DNA from: Propionibacteriaceae bacterium
GTDB taxonomy: Bacteria > Actinomycetota > Actinomycetes > Propionibacteriales > Propionibacteriaceae
Length of the DNA: 46,532 nucleotides
Assembly: GCA_035318105.1 (NCBI GenBank)
Contig: DATHFM010000457.1
Location: 1 to 46,532, forward strand
Direction: 5' to 3'
The translations under genes were made by a program, and so were the position numbers. This document shows, one piece after another, positions 1 through 10,977 of this stretch (positions within the stretch are counted from its first letter, which is position 1; each line of letters starts with the position of its first letter). Under the pieces are notes generated by a model. That model did not search any database. It saw nothing but the letters and a program-made list of their open reading frames with translations, and was not told where the DNA came from.

Positions 1-20
1 AGTCGTCATCGGTCGGCAGG

Positions 21-1232
21 CTAGCTGCGTGACCGCCGGAATGCGGGGCCACGCACGGTCCGGGTTCCGAGCAGGCGGGCGTGGATGTCGCCGGGGAACC
101 GAACCGTGAATCTGGTGTCGCCGATCCAGGCCTTCAGCTCATCGATCCGCTGGTCGATCTCGCGCCGGCGGGCGGCGGTGACTCGCTCGAAGTAGTGGGT
201 GTGGATCGTCCCATCCTTGGTCTGCGCCCATGCTCCGATCACTCGCCCGTCCACCCACAGGCTCGGACCAGCATTGCCGGCACTGTCGAACACCTCAGCC
301 GACGTGCTTGGAAGGTACCAATCGCGCTGCTTCCATCCCATGATTGTCGGGTCGAGTCCGGGGAGCACTGCCACCCACGGCTCGACGGGCCCAAGCGGCG
401 GATCATCGACAGCCAGCCATCCTGGACCCACCTCCAGCTCCGCGTGCACTGCTCCGCAATCGGTCAGCGCCTGCTTCGTCCTGCTCATCGTCCAGCCCAT
501 CCACCACTGCAGGTCCGCCGTCGTTGCCGGGCCGAACCGCTGCAACCACCGGCCAGCCAGCTCGGCGGACGCCTGCCGCGGATCCAAGTCTCCGAGCCCG
601 CCAGGCAGCCAGGTTTCGGCTGCGGCGTAGCGGTAGGCGCCGTTGATCCAGTTGCTGGGCCGCGCACGCAACATGTGGCCGGCGATGCCCAGGATGTAGA
701 GCACCCGAGTGTGGGCGGACTGCACCGCGGCGTACGCCTTGCCAGGAGAGAGGTACAGCTGCTGACGCAACGCGGCGGCGCGCTGGCCAATCTCGCGGGC
801 CGTACTCGGTCCATGCTCCCGGAGGTCTGCGAGCACTTGCTCCTCGGCGTTGGCCAGCCATTGTTCGGGGTCCTCCACGCCGCTGCGCGCGAGCAGCTGG
901 CAGGTGCGCCGGCGTTCGGTGGCGAGCAGGTCGCGAGTCGCCGCCGCATGCATCAGCCGAACCACTGGTGGTGTTGCCACCCAAAGAGTCCTTCGCATCC
1001 CGTGGTGCCGTATCAGGCTGCGATCGGTATACAAGGCCTGCTCCACTGCCTCGATCGAGGGATGCGCCATCCGCGCCATCGCCGACAAGAACACGGTGAC
1101 CGGGTCCGACGAGTGCAGGGTCACCAGGTCGTCGGCGATCTGCGGAAGGCTGTCAGTCCGGGTACGCGGGAGCAGTAGGTGCCGCTCGGCGAGTCTGGCC
1201 CGCCGTTCCTCGGCGTCGATGCGTACGGTCAC
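21..1232 (-). CDS. AlkZ/HTH_42-family winged-helix DNA glycosylase-like protein
   Basis: 403 aa. Family-typical segments LHSSDP, MRRTLW, RFGPATTADLQWWMGW, LPGLDPTIMGWKQR, WVDGRVIGAW. TACCGT-N7-GTG upstream. Confidence 0.8.
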   Translation of the reverse strand: MTVRIDAEERRARLAERHLLLPRTRTDSLPQIADDLVTLHSSDPVTVFLSAMARMAHPSIEAVEQALYTDRSLIRHHGMRRTLWVATPPVVRLMHAAATRDLLATERRRTCQLLARSGVEDPEQWLANAEEQVLADLREHGPSTAREIGQRAAALRQQLYLSPGKAYAAVQSAHTRVLYILGIAGHMLRARPSNWINGAYRYAAAETWLPGGLGDLDPRQASAELAGRWLQRFGPATTADLQWWMGWTMSRTKQALTDCGAVHAELEVGPGWLAVDDPPLGPVEPWVAVLPGLDPTIMGWKQRDWYLPSTSAEVFDSAGNAGPSLWVDGRVIGAWAQTKDGTIHTHYFERVTAARRREIDQRIDELKAWIGDTRFTVRFPGDIHARLLGTRTVRGPAFRRSRS

Positions 1233-1397
1233 GCCCTTGACGGTAGCGAGGGTGGTGACGAAAGCTGCCCCCTCCCCGATCAGCCAGCTGCTGCGCGCGG
1301 TACGACGATCTTGAGCGATTCAAATCGGCGGAAATCGCTGCATCCCATAGCTGCATCAGATGCATCACGGACTCGTCCGTTTGCTGAGGCTGCCTGA

Positions 1398-3122
<1,725 letters not shown>

Positions 3123-3143
3123 GGCGGTCAATCTACAGTCGCG

Positions 3144-4382
3144 TCACGGGTGCCCAGTCGTGGGAATGGGCTGAACGCGGGTACTGACGACCAGCTGCCA
3201 GGCCAGTCCAACAAGCAGGATCACACCGAGCGTTGGGCCGAGATTGGCTACCAGTTGCTGGAGGAAATCGAACTGCCGCTCCCGGCCGCCCGCGTACGGA
3301 AGCACCGCGAGCGGCAGGCAGGCACACACCCAGATCACCCAGAGCCCGCCGACGTAGCGCGCCCAGCGCGGTACACCAGGAGACAGCACGGCCATTCCCA
3401 TAGGAAGGATCCACACGTAGTGGTGGGTCCAAGACAGCGGCGAGGCCAGACACGTGGTGAGGCCCACGATTGCGACCGCGAAGACCTTCTCATTGTTGCG
3501 CCACCAAGACGCGGCAATTAGGCAGCCCAGCACCGCCAGCACCGCGGCGACGGCGAGTCCCAGCAAGGTGGTGGTACGCGAGGAGTCACCGAGCCGGAAG
3601 AACACACCGAGCAATGACTGATTGCCGGTGTAGAGCGGTGAGGCCGTACGAGTGTCGCCACCGGACAGTCCGCCGAAGAACACCACCGTTTGCGGGAAGA
3701 GCAAGACCGCGCCAATCCCGGTGAAGACGGCGAAGCTGATGATCGCTGTAATCGCCGCTCGCCGCTTGCCGATCAAGAACATGAAGATCACGAAGAGCGC
3801 CGGGGTCAGTTTGATCGCCGCGGCCAGCCCGATCAAAGTGCCCTGAGGGATGCGCCTGCGCTGCTCTGGCCGATCCGGCAGCAGGTCGGCAACGACCAGC
3901 GCCATCAGCACGGTATTCACCTGGCCGTATCCAAGTGTGGTGCGAATGGGCTCGACCGCGAGCACCACTGCGATGCCGAGTAGCCCGAGCTTCCAGCCAC
4001 GCGGCGCTCCGCAGCGCTTCAGCACCGATTGCTGGGCCCAGACCAGACCGCCTGTCCAGACCACCTGCCAGAACACGTAGGGGCCGAGGGCAAGCGGCGT
4101 CATCAAGATCGCGGCGATGGGCGGATAAATGAAGTAGAGACTCCAGAACGGCGTTGTGGTTGCAAAGATGTCCTTGCCGGCGAACATGTCCTTGACCGCG
4201 TACACGTAGACCTGCAGGTCGATGGTCGAGGGCTGCCAGGGGACCAACTTCCCGTACTGGATGATGTAGGGCAAGATCAACAGCGCGACTGCCATCGGCG
4301 GCAGGAATTCCACTGCCGCCCGAGTCAGCCGCCGGCGGACAGGTGGTGATGCTGCTTGAGCCGAACGGGTCGGCAGGGTCAC
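3144..4382 (-). CDS. GT87-family (GT-C) polyprenol-phosphate-mannose-dependent mannosyltransferase-like membrane protein
   Basis: Motifs IDLQVY, FIYPP, GQVN, GLAAAIKLTP, NQSL, SPLSWTHH, many TM segments. The GTG at 4382 overlaps the HIT stop (GTGA). Confidence 0.88.
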   Translation of the reverse strand: MTLPTRSAQAASPPVRRRLTRAAVEFLPPMAVALLILPYIIQYGKLVPWQPSTIDLQVYVYAVKDMFAGKDIFATTTPFWSLYFIYPPIAAILMTPLALGPYVFWQVVWTGGLVWAQQSVLKRCGAPRGWKLGLLGIAVVLAVEPIRTTLGYGQVNTVLMALVVADLLPDRPEQRRRIPQGTLIGLAAAIKLTPALFVIFMFLIGKRRAAITAIISFAVFTGIGAVLLFPQTVVFFGGLSGGDTRTASPLYTGNQSLLGVFFRLGDSSRTTTLLGLAVAAVLAVLGCLIAASWWRNNEKVFAVAIVGLTTCLASPLSWTHHYVWILPMGMAVLSPGVPRWARYVGGLWVIWVCACLPLAVLPYAGGRERQFDFLQQLVANLGPTLGVILLVGLAWQLVVSTRVQPIPTTGHP

Positions 4383-4825
4383 GCGCCCGCCTGGATCTGG
4401 CGGTACACCGACTCCAACTCCCCGTCGGGTGCGCCGCCTGGGTTGATCAGCATGCGCAGGCCGGGCTCGTCGGCGTACCGCGGCACCACGTGCATGTGCG
4501 CATGGAAGACTTCCTGCCCGGCCGCTTCGCCCGCCGACAACAACAGGTTGATCCCGTCGGCAGCCAGCCGCTGCTTCAGCAGCTTGGCGACAGCGTCCAC
4601 CGCCGGAGCGATCTCGGACAAGGATCCGCTCCCAGTAATGACATCGGAGACATGCCGTCTCGGCACCACCAATGAGTGCCCGCGATGCCACGCGGCGATG
4701 TCAAGAAAGGCTACGGCCCGATCATCCTCATAGATCCGACATGAGGGCAGCTCCCCAGAAACGATCTTGCAGAAGATGCAATTGGGATCGATGTATGGAG
4801 GCTCCGGCATCTCGAAGGGGGTCAT
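4379..4825 (-). CDS. HIT-family nucleotide hydrolase
   Basis: CIFCKIV N-terminus and histidine triad FHAHMHVVPR. The ATG at 4825 overlaps the upstream stop (ATGA). Confidence 0.92.
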   Translation of the reverse strand: MTPFEMPEPPYIDPNCIFCKIVSGELPSCRIYEDDRAVAFLDIAAWHRGHSLVVPRRHVSDVITGSGSLSEIAPAVDAVAKLLKQRLAADGINLLLSAGEAAGQEVFHAHMHVVPRYADEPGLRMLINPGGAPDGELESVYRQIQAGA

Positions 4826-5766
4826 GTGATCCTGTTCTCCAGTTCCTTGCCAGCGGCAAAACGACCCAGCTGGGCCGCGATGAGTCGGTCGGCGCGTGGG
4901 AAGAAAGCGGTGCTTGGCCCACCCACGTGAGGCGAGATCAACACACCGGGGGTACGCCACAACGGATGCTCGAGTGGCAGCGGCTCGGGATCGGTGACGT
5001 CGAGCGCCGCGCGGATCCTGCCGGTCGAGGTCTCGGCGAGCAGCGCATCGGTGTCGACGAGCTTGCCCCGGGCGACATTGACCAGCAGGGCGCCATCCGG
5101 CAGCGCAGCGAGCTCGCGGCTGCCGATCATCCCCTCGGTCTGTGGGGTGTGCGGAGCCACCAGGAAGACCACGTCGGCCTGAGGAAGTAGCTCAAGGAGA
5201 TCATCGGTCCTATGCACGGGGACTGGCTCGGTACGCGGCCGGCGGGCCACTCGAGTCACCGAGGCGACCTCAAAGCCGGCCAGCCTGCGCTCGATCGCAG
5301 CGCCGATGTGCCCATACCCAATGATCAACACGCGCTGGTCGGCCAGCGAGATGCCTATCAGGAGTTCCTCCCAAATCCCGCTCGGCTGGTTACGCGCGTA
5401 GCGATCGAGACGACGGCCGCTTGCCAACGCCAGCGCAACAGCCAATTCCGCAGTGCTGGCGTCGTGCACCCCGGCCGCATTGCACAAGATCACGCCGTCG
5501 GGAACGTACGGCAGGAAGTTCTCCACCCCTGCCGTCAGGGTCTGTATCACCTTGAGCCGGCTCATTTCGCCGATCCGGTCGAGGACCTCCTCGCCCTTCA
5601 AGTACGGCAGCACGTAGAACTCGACCTCGGCCACAGTGTCCGGCCAGTTGCCACCGTCGGCTCGATAACAGTCGACATGGAGACCATCGGGGATGCCGCC
5701 GAGCCGCTGCTCAGCCTCCTCGACGCTGGCGTATGGCAGCCAAACGACCCGTCTCGGCGCGTGCAT
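4822..5766 (-). CDS. D-isomer-specific 2-hydroxyacid dehydrogenase
   Basis: GYGHIG Rossmann motif, LVNVARG, ALDVTDPEPL, SPHVGG. ATG at 5766 lies just after the hisF stop. Confidence 0.92.
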   Translation of the reverse strand: MHAPRRVVWLPYASVEEAEQRLGGIPDGLHVDCYRADGGNWPDTVAEVEFYVLPYLKGEEVLDRIGEMSRLKVIQTLTAGVENFLPYVPDGVILCNAAGVHDASTAELAVALALASGRRLDRYARNQPSGIWEELLIGISLADQRVLIIGYGHIGAAIERRLAGFEVASVTRVARRPRTEPVPVHRTDDLLELLPQADVVFLVAPHTPQTEGMIGSRELAALPDGALLVNVARGKLVDTDALLAETSTGRIRAALDVTDPEPLPLEHPLWRTPGVLISPHVGGPSTAFFPRADRLIAAQLGRFAAGKELENRIT

Positions 5767-5770
5767 TGAC

Positions 5771-6562
5771 TCAGTGTCCCGCCGTTGGCGCAAGCGCGGC
5801 ACGGCGTACCGGAAATCCGGCGACCTCGATCGTCGACTTGACCTCGGCGATCCGCAGCGTCCCGAAGTGAAAAACCGTCGCCGCCAGCACCGCGTCAGCG
5901 CCCGCGGCGATCGCTGGTGGGAAATCCGCGACCTGGCCTGCGCCGCCAGACGCGATCAGCGGCACATCGACCACCGCGCGTACTGCCCGGATCATCTCCA
6001 GGTCGAAGCCGGAGGTCGTGCCATCGGCATCCATGGAATTGAGCAAGATTTCACCGACCCCCTGATCAACTCCACGGCTGGCCCATTCGACTGCATCCAG
6101 GCCTGCCGCCGCTCGCCCGCCATGGGTAGTCACCTCGAAGCCGGACGGCGCCCAATCCGCACGGCGCGCGTCGACGGAGAGGACCAATACCTGGTTGCCA
6201 AACCGCCGGGTGATCTCACTGATGACCTCCGGCCGCCGGATCGCTCCCGTGTTGATCGCCACCTTGTCAGCCCCGGCGCGCAGCAAGACGTCAACATCGC
6301 CCACTGAGTTGACACCGCCGCCTACCGTGAGCGGAATGAACACCGTCTCGGCAGTCCGGCGTACTACCTCCAGTGTCGTCTCCCGGCCCTCGGCCGACGC
6401 CGAGATGTCGAGAAACGTCAGTTCGTCAGCGCCTTCCGCGTCGTAGAAGGCACCCAGCTCCACCGGATCGCCAGCGTCCCGCAACGCTACGAAATTGACG
6501 CCCTTGACAACTCGACCAGCGTGCACGTCCAAGCACGGGATGACCCGAACGGCGACTGTCAC
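5771..6562 (-). CDS. hisF: imidazole glycerol phosphate synthase cyclase subunit
   Basis: [63 protein letters not shown]7-GTG start. Confidence 0.97.
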   Translation of the reverse strand: MTVAVRVIPCLDVHAGRVVKGVNFVALRDAGDPVELGAFYDAEGADELTFLDISASAEGRETTLEVVRRTAETVFIPLTVGGGVNSVGDVDVLLRAGADKVAINTGAIRRPEVISEITRRFGNQVLVLSVDARRADWAPSGFEVTTHGGRAAAGLDAVEWASRGVDQGVGEILLNSMDADGTTSGFDLEMIRAVRAVVDVPLIASGGAGQVADFPPAIAAGADAVLAATVFHFGTLRIAEVKSTIEVAGFPVRRAALAPTAGH

Positions 6563-6651
6563 GACGAACACTCTAGATCGAGCAAAGACATTACATATCC
6601 GAACCGGCTAGAGCGGAGCGAGCCATTAGACACCGGATTACGCTGTCGAGC

Positions 6652-8154
6652 ATGCCCGAGCTCGACCAAAGCTTTCTTGCGCTGCCCTTGCGGGCGTTGA
6701 GCGATGCCGCCCTCTCCAAAGCCAAGGACCTCGGGTGCAGCCACGCGGAAGTCCGCGTCGAGCGGTTGCGCCAGGCCTACCGCAGCTTCCGTGATCACGC
6801 GCTGGAGACCACCGCCGATGGTCAGGTGCTCGGCTTGTCGGTTCGGGTCGTCCACAACGGTGTCTGGGGGTTCGCAGCCGACATCACGCTTTCACCAGAC
6901 TCGGCGGCCCGCCTGGCGGACCGCGCGGTAGCCACAGCAAAGGTGTCCCGCCCACTGACGCCCGCCTCGGTCGAGTTGGCCGATGAGGACCTCTATGCAG
7001 ACGCCACCTGGGTGTCGGCCTACGAAGTTGATCCGTTCGATGTGGACGAAGCAGAAAAGACTGGTCGGGTGCTGGGCCTCAATGAGGTGCTCCTGGCCGC
7101 GCCCGGCGTCACGCACGCTACTGCGATCCTCGGTTACGTTCACGAGAACAAGTACTTCGCCAACTTGGCAGGCACCAGCACGACCCAGCAGCGGGTTCGA
7201 GTCCAGGCCCAGCTGACAGCAGTTTCAGTTGGTGATCATGGTTTCGCGACCATGCGCACTAATGCTCCACCGACTGGCCGAGGGTGGGAGTACTTGACTG
7301 GCTCCGGCTGGGATTTCGATGCCGAGGTTGCTGAGATACCGGAGTTGTTGGCGGCTCACGTTGCCGCCCCCTCGGTCGAAGCTGGCCTCTATGACCTCGT
7401 GATCCATCCCAGCAACTTGTTCCTGACCATTCATGAGTCGATCGGGCACGCGACCGAGCTGGACCGCGCACTGGGCTACGAGGCCGCATACGCGGGCACC
7501 TCGTTCGCAACCTTCGACCAGCTGGGCAGGCTCCAGTACGGCAGCGAGGTGATGAACGTAACGGGAGATCGGCTGGTTGACCATGGCCTGGCCACCATCG
7601 GCTATGACGACGAGGGGGTCGCGCAGCAGCGATTCGATGTGATCGCCGGCGGCATGCTCGTCGGCTACCAGCTGAACCGGCAGATGGCTGCGGAGAAGGG
7701 CTTCGGGCGCTCGAACGGCTGCGCGTACGCGGACTCCCCAGGCCACATTGCGATGCAACGGATGCCCAACGTCTCACTGCAGCCAGCACCTGACGGTCCC
7801 AGCACCAGCGAGTTGATCTCTGGCGTCGACAAGGGCATCTACATCGTTGGCGACAAGTCATGGTCGATCGACATGCAGCGTTACAACTTCCAGTTCACCG
7901 GGCAACAGTTCTACAAGATCGATAAGGGCAGGCTGGACGGGCAGCTGAAAGATGTCGCTTATCAGGCCACGACAACCGACTTCTGGCGCTCCATGGAGGC
8001 TGTTGGAAGCCCCGACACCTATCTTCTCGGTGGCGCCTTCAACTGCGGCAAGGGCCAGCCTGGGCAGATCGCTCCCGTTTCGCACGGCTGCCCTTCGGCC
8101 CTCTTCCGCAAGGTGAATGTCCTGAACACCCAAGCCGAAGGCGGTCAGCAGTGA
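6652..8154 (+). CDS. tldD: TldD-family metalloprotease (catalytic subunit)
   Basis: HExxxH metal motif HESIGH, C-terminal CGKGQP, QRMPN. TACGCT-N7-ATG. Confidence 0.92.
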   Translation: MPELDQSFLALPLRALSDAALSKAKDLGCSHAEVRVERLRQAYRSFRDHALETTADGQVLGLSVRVVHNGVWGFAADITLSPDSAARLADRAVATAKVSRPLTPASVELADEDLYADATWVSAYEVDPFDVDEAEKTGRVLGLNEVLLAAPGVTHATAILGYVHENKYFANLAGTSTTQQRVRVQAQLTAVSVGDHGFATMRTNAPPTGRGWEYLTGSGWDFDAEVAEIPELLAAHVAAPSVEAGLYDLVIHPSNLFLTIHESIGHATELDRALGYEAAYAGTSFATFDQLGRLQYGSEVMNVTGDRLVDHGLATIGYDDEGVAQQRFDVIAGGMLVGYQLNRQMAAEKGFGRSNGCAYADSPGHIAMQRMPNVSLQPAPDGPSTSELISGVDKGIYIVGDKSWSIDMQRYNFQFTGQQFYKIDKGRLDGQLKDVAYQATTTDFWRSMEAVGSPDTYLLGGAFNCGKGQPGQIAPVSHGCPSALFRKVNVLNTQAEGGQQ

Positions 8155-9542
8155 ACGCCGCCGTCCGCCCGCAGGACCTCGTCGAGCATGCGCTCAGCGT
8201 CGCGACCCTGCCGTGTGTCCTCTGGGTCACCGAGCACGCCGAAGCCAATCTGCGTTGGGCCAACAATGCCTTGATAACGAATGGTGAGATGCGCAGCAGG
8301 AGGCTCACGGTGACTGCCACAGCTGAGGTTGCGGATGGCGTAGCGGCCGGGACCGTCACTCAGGAGATCGCCGGAGTCGAGGATGTCAACGCCGTCGTTT
8401 CGGCTGCCGAGCATTTGGCACGGACGGCGCGTCCGGCCGAGGATGCGGCGCCGATGGTCGAGAACTATGCCCACAACGATGCCTGGGAGGAGCCTCCGGA
8501 GACCACGAGCATCGATGTACTCGGTGAGCTGGCGAAGGGTCTCGGAGTCGCTCTTGACGGGGCTCATGCGGCGCGGCAGCTGCTGTTTGGCTTCGCAGAG
8601 CACGCTGTGGGGACCACCTATCTGGGGAGCACCACCGGTTTACGGCGGCGGGGCGTGCGGCGAACCGGCCGGCTGGAACTGAACGGCAAGACTGCTGACC
8701 TCGAATCCTCAGCGTGGCTGGGCCGAACCACTCCAGACTTCTCCGATATTGATGTTGCTGAGGCCGTTGATGAGTTGACGACCCGATTGGGATGGGCGGC
8801 AAAGAAGCTGAATCTGCCGCCGGGCCGGTACGAGACGTTGCTGCCGCCCAGCGCTATTGCGGACTTGATGATTTACGCGTACTGGACAGGCAACGCGCGG
8901 GACGCAGAAGAGGGCCGCAACGTTTTCGCGGGCGAGAACGGCACGACCAAGATCGGTCGGCGGCTCGCTGAGCTCCCGATCAACCTCACGTCAGACCCGC
9001 AGTATCCGGGTTTGGAGACGATCCCGTTTGTCGACTTCGCCTCCTCCCTCGACGGCACCTCCTGGGCGTTTGACAGTGGTTTGCCGATCAACGCGACGAC
9101 CTGGATTCAGGACGGGGTACTGCACGAGCTGATCCGCAACCGAGCCCATGCGACGCGGACCGGCAGCCAGCCAACACCACCAGCGGACAACCTGATCATG
9201 GACGGGGGTGGCACGGCCAGCCTGCAACAAATGATCTCCACGACCGAACGTGGCCTGCTACTGACCTGCCTGTGGTACATCCGTGAGGTCGACCCGGAGC
9301 GGCTGCTGCTGACTGGGCTCACTCGCGACGGGGTCTATCTCGTCGAAGACGGGGAGGTGGTCGGGGCTGTCAACAACTTCCGCTTCAACGACTCGCCGGT
9401 CGAGCTTTTGGGCCGGATCAGCGAGATCGGCGCGGCCGAGCTGACACTGTGCCGGGAGTGGAACGACTACTTCAACCGTACGATCATGCCGCCCGTCCGA
9501 GTGCCTGACTTCAATATGTCGACGGTCAGCCAGGCTTCCTGA
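8151..9542 (+). CDS. TldE/PmbA-like partner subunit
   Basis: Overlaps the tldD stop. ANLRWANN, PGRYETLLPP, LTGLTRDG, GAVNNFRFN. Lacks HExxxH. Confidence 0.88.
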   Translation: MNAAVRPQDLVEHALSVATLPCVLWVTEHAEANLRWANNALITNGEMRSRRLTVTATAEVADGVAAGTVTQEIAGVEDVNAVVSAAEHLARTARPAEDAAPMVENYAHNDAWEEPPETTSIDVLGELAKGLGVALDGAHAARQLLFGFAEHAVGTTYLGSTTGLRRRGVRRTGRLELNGKTADLESSAWLGRTTPDFSDIDVAEAVDELTTRLGWAAKKLNLPPGRYETLLPPSAIADLMIYAYWTGNARDAEEGRNVFAGENGTTKIGRRLAELPINLTSDPQYPGLETIPFVDFASSLDGTSWAFDSGLPINATTWIQDGVLHELIRNRAHATRTGSQPTPPADNLIMDGGGTASLQQMISTTERGLLLTCLWYIREVDPERLLLTGLTRDGVYLVEDGEVVGAVNNFRFNDSPVELLGRISEIGAAELTLCREWNDYFNRTIMPPVRVPDFNMSTVSQAS

Positions 9543-9570
9543 GCTTTCTCCGCTGCCACGTGCAACGCAG

Positions 9571-10977
9571 TTGCGGAGACGTGCGTTCTCGGCGCCGCTG
9601 AGAGTACCGTCGGGGAATCTGCGGGTCCCGACCGATACCAGTCGCCCTGAGGGGAGTCGTCTGTTGCCTCATGTGCTGCGGTGGCTGATCGGCTTGGCGA
9701 CATCGTTGATCGGGAATCACATCTATCTGGTCACACTTGCCTGGGTTGCGGTACAGACGACTACTCCGGTGAATGTCGGCCTGATCCTCGTAGCGGGTGC
9801 CATTCCTCAGGCAGCTCTGCTCCTCGTCGGCGGAGTCTTCGTCGATCGGATCGGGCCCAAGCCGACCATCATCGCCTCGGACCTGATGCGGACCCTCATC
9901 ATGATCGTCTTCGCGATCGTCGTGACTGGCGGCGAGGTCAGCCCGCTGCTGCTGGGCGCGCTGGCTGTCATGTTCGGGTTGGTCGACGGTTTCTTTCTAC
10001 CCGCCATCAATACCGCCCCCCGGTACCTGGTGCCCCGCGAGGCGATTACTCGGCTCGTTGCGGCGAAGACGATCGTGGCCCGGGGCGCCGAGTTCGTCGG
10101 CGCACCCGTGGGCAGCTTGCTGCTGGTCGTGGCGAGCGCCGCAGCGGTGTTTTTGGTCAACGCCTGGCTGTTCGCGGTGTCGGTCATCTTCTTGGCCATT
10201 ACCAAAATGGCGCTCCCCCAGGACACTCCAGGCCAGGTGGCGCCGCGTAACTCTGAGCCGAGCGGTAGCAAGTCCGAGATGTCGGTGTGGGCCGACCTGC
10301 TGGGTGGAATCCGGTTGATCCGCGGGTACCGGACGCTGACGACCTTGCTGATCATGGTGTTCGTCGTGGAATTAGGGTTTAGCGGGCCGATGATTGCCGG
10401 GGTGCCACTGTTGGCCAACGAGACCGGTTGGGGTGTGCGAACCATCGGATGGGTTCTTGGGGGTTTTGGGCTTGGGGCAGCCGCTGCGGCCGGCTTCCTG
10501 ATGTGGCGCAAGGACCTTCACCGCACCGGGCTCGCCGCGCTATCCGGCCTTACGGCGATGGGTCTCAGCGTCTTGGGACTCGGTCTGCTACCGGCACTCG
10601 GACTGCCAGCGTCGACGACGTTCCTGGTCGCTGGCGTCCTTGGCCTCACCTCGGGCATCGGCGCGGGGTTCTACGGCACGCTGGTCAGCTCCGCCGTGCT
10701 GCAGGTCGCTCCGATCGGTCAAATCGGTCGGGTCATGGGAGCGCTGTCCTTCTCGAGTATGGCCGCGGTCCCTATTACCTACGCCCTCACCGGGCTGTTG
10801 ACCGATACGTCCAACGCCCAAGTCCCATTCCTTTTGGGTGGGGCGCTGATCCTGCTTGTCGCGGCTGTAGCCTTCGCGACCCCTGAGGTGCGGCGCTTGG
10901 CCATGTATCCGGCGGCTCAGGGGAGGTCGGCACCGGTCAGATCGTCGCCTTCGTCGGAGTCCATCTCCGGGGCGTAG
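9571..10977 (+). CDS. MFS transporter (start uncertain, possibly downstream of 9571)
   Basis: About 12 hydrophobic segments, motif A-like GVFVDRIGPK, second-half GRVMG. Confidence 0.88.
   Translation: MRRRAFSAPLRVPSGNLRVPTDTSRPEGSRLLPHVLRWLIGLATSLIGNHIYLVTLAWVAVQTTTPVNVGLILVAGAIPQAALLLVGGVFVDRIGPKPTIIASDLMRTLIMIVFAIVVTGGEVSPLLLGALAVMFGLVDGFFLPAINTAPRYLVPREAITRLVAAKTIVARGAEFVGAPVGSLLLVVASAAAVFLVNAWLFAVSVIFLAITKMALPQDTPGQVAPRNSEPSGSKSEMSVWADLLGGIRLIRGYRTLTTLLIMVFVVELGFSGPMIAGVPLLANETGWGVRTIGWVLGGFGLGAAAAAGFLMWRKDLHRTGLAALSGLTAMGLSVLGLGLLPALGLPASTTFLVAGVLGLTSGIGAGFYGTLVSSAVLQVAPIGQIGRVMGALSFSSMAAVPITYALTGLLTDTSNAQVPFLLGGALILLVAAVAFATPEVRRLAMYPAAQGRSAPVRSSPSSESISGA

Noticed and set aside
1314-1380. 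Short hairpins (AGCGATT/AATCGCT, ACGGAC/GTCCGT) and three TGCATC repeats after ilvD
   Set aside because: Short, with no U-tract on the ilvD strand. Cannot be distinguished from chance or a decayed repeat.
9547-9603. TCTCCGC/GCGGAGA stem after tldE
   Set aside because: Only a 7-bp GC-rich stem with no second copy seen. Too weak to call a terminator or repeat.
6652-10977. tldD-tldE-MFS as a RiPP or microcin maturation and export cluster
   Set aside because: No precursor peptide or modifying enzyme nearby. TldDE pairs are common housekeeping genes.
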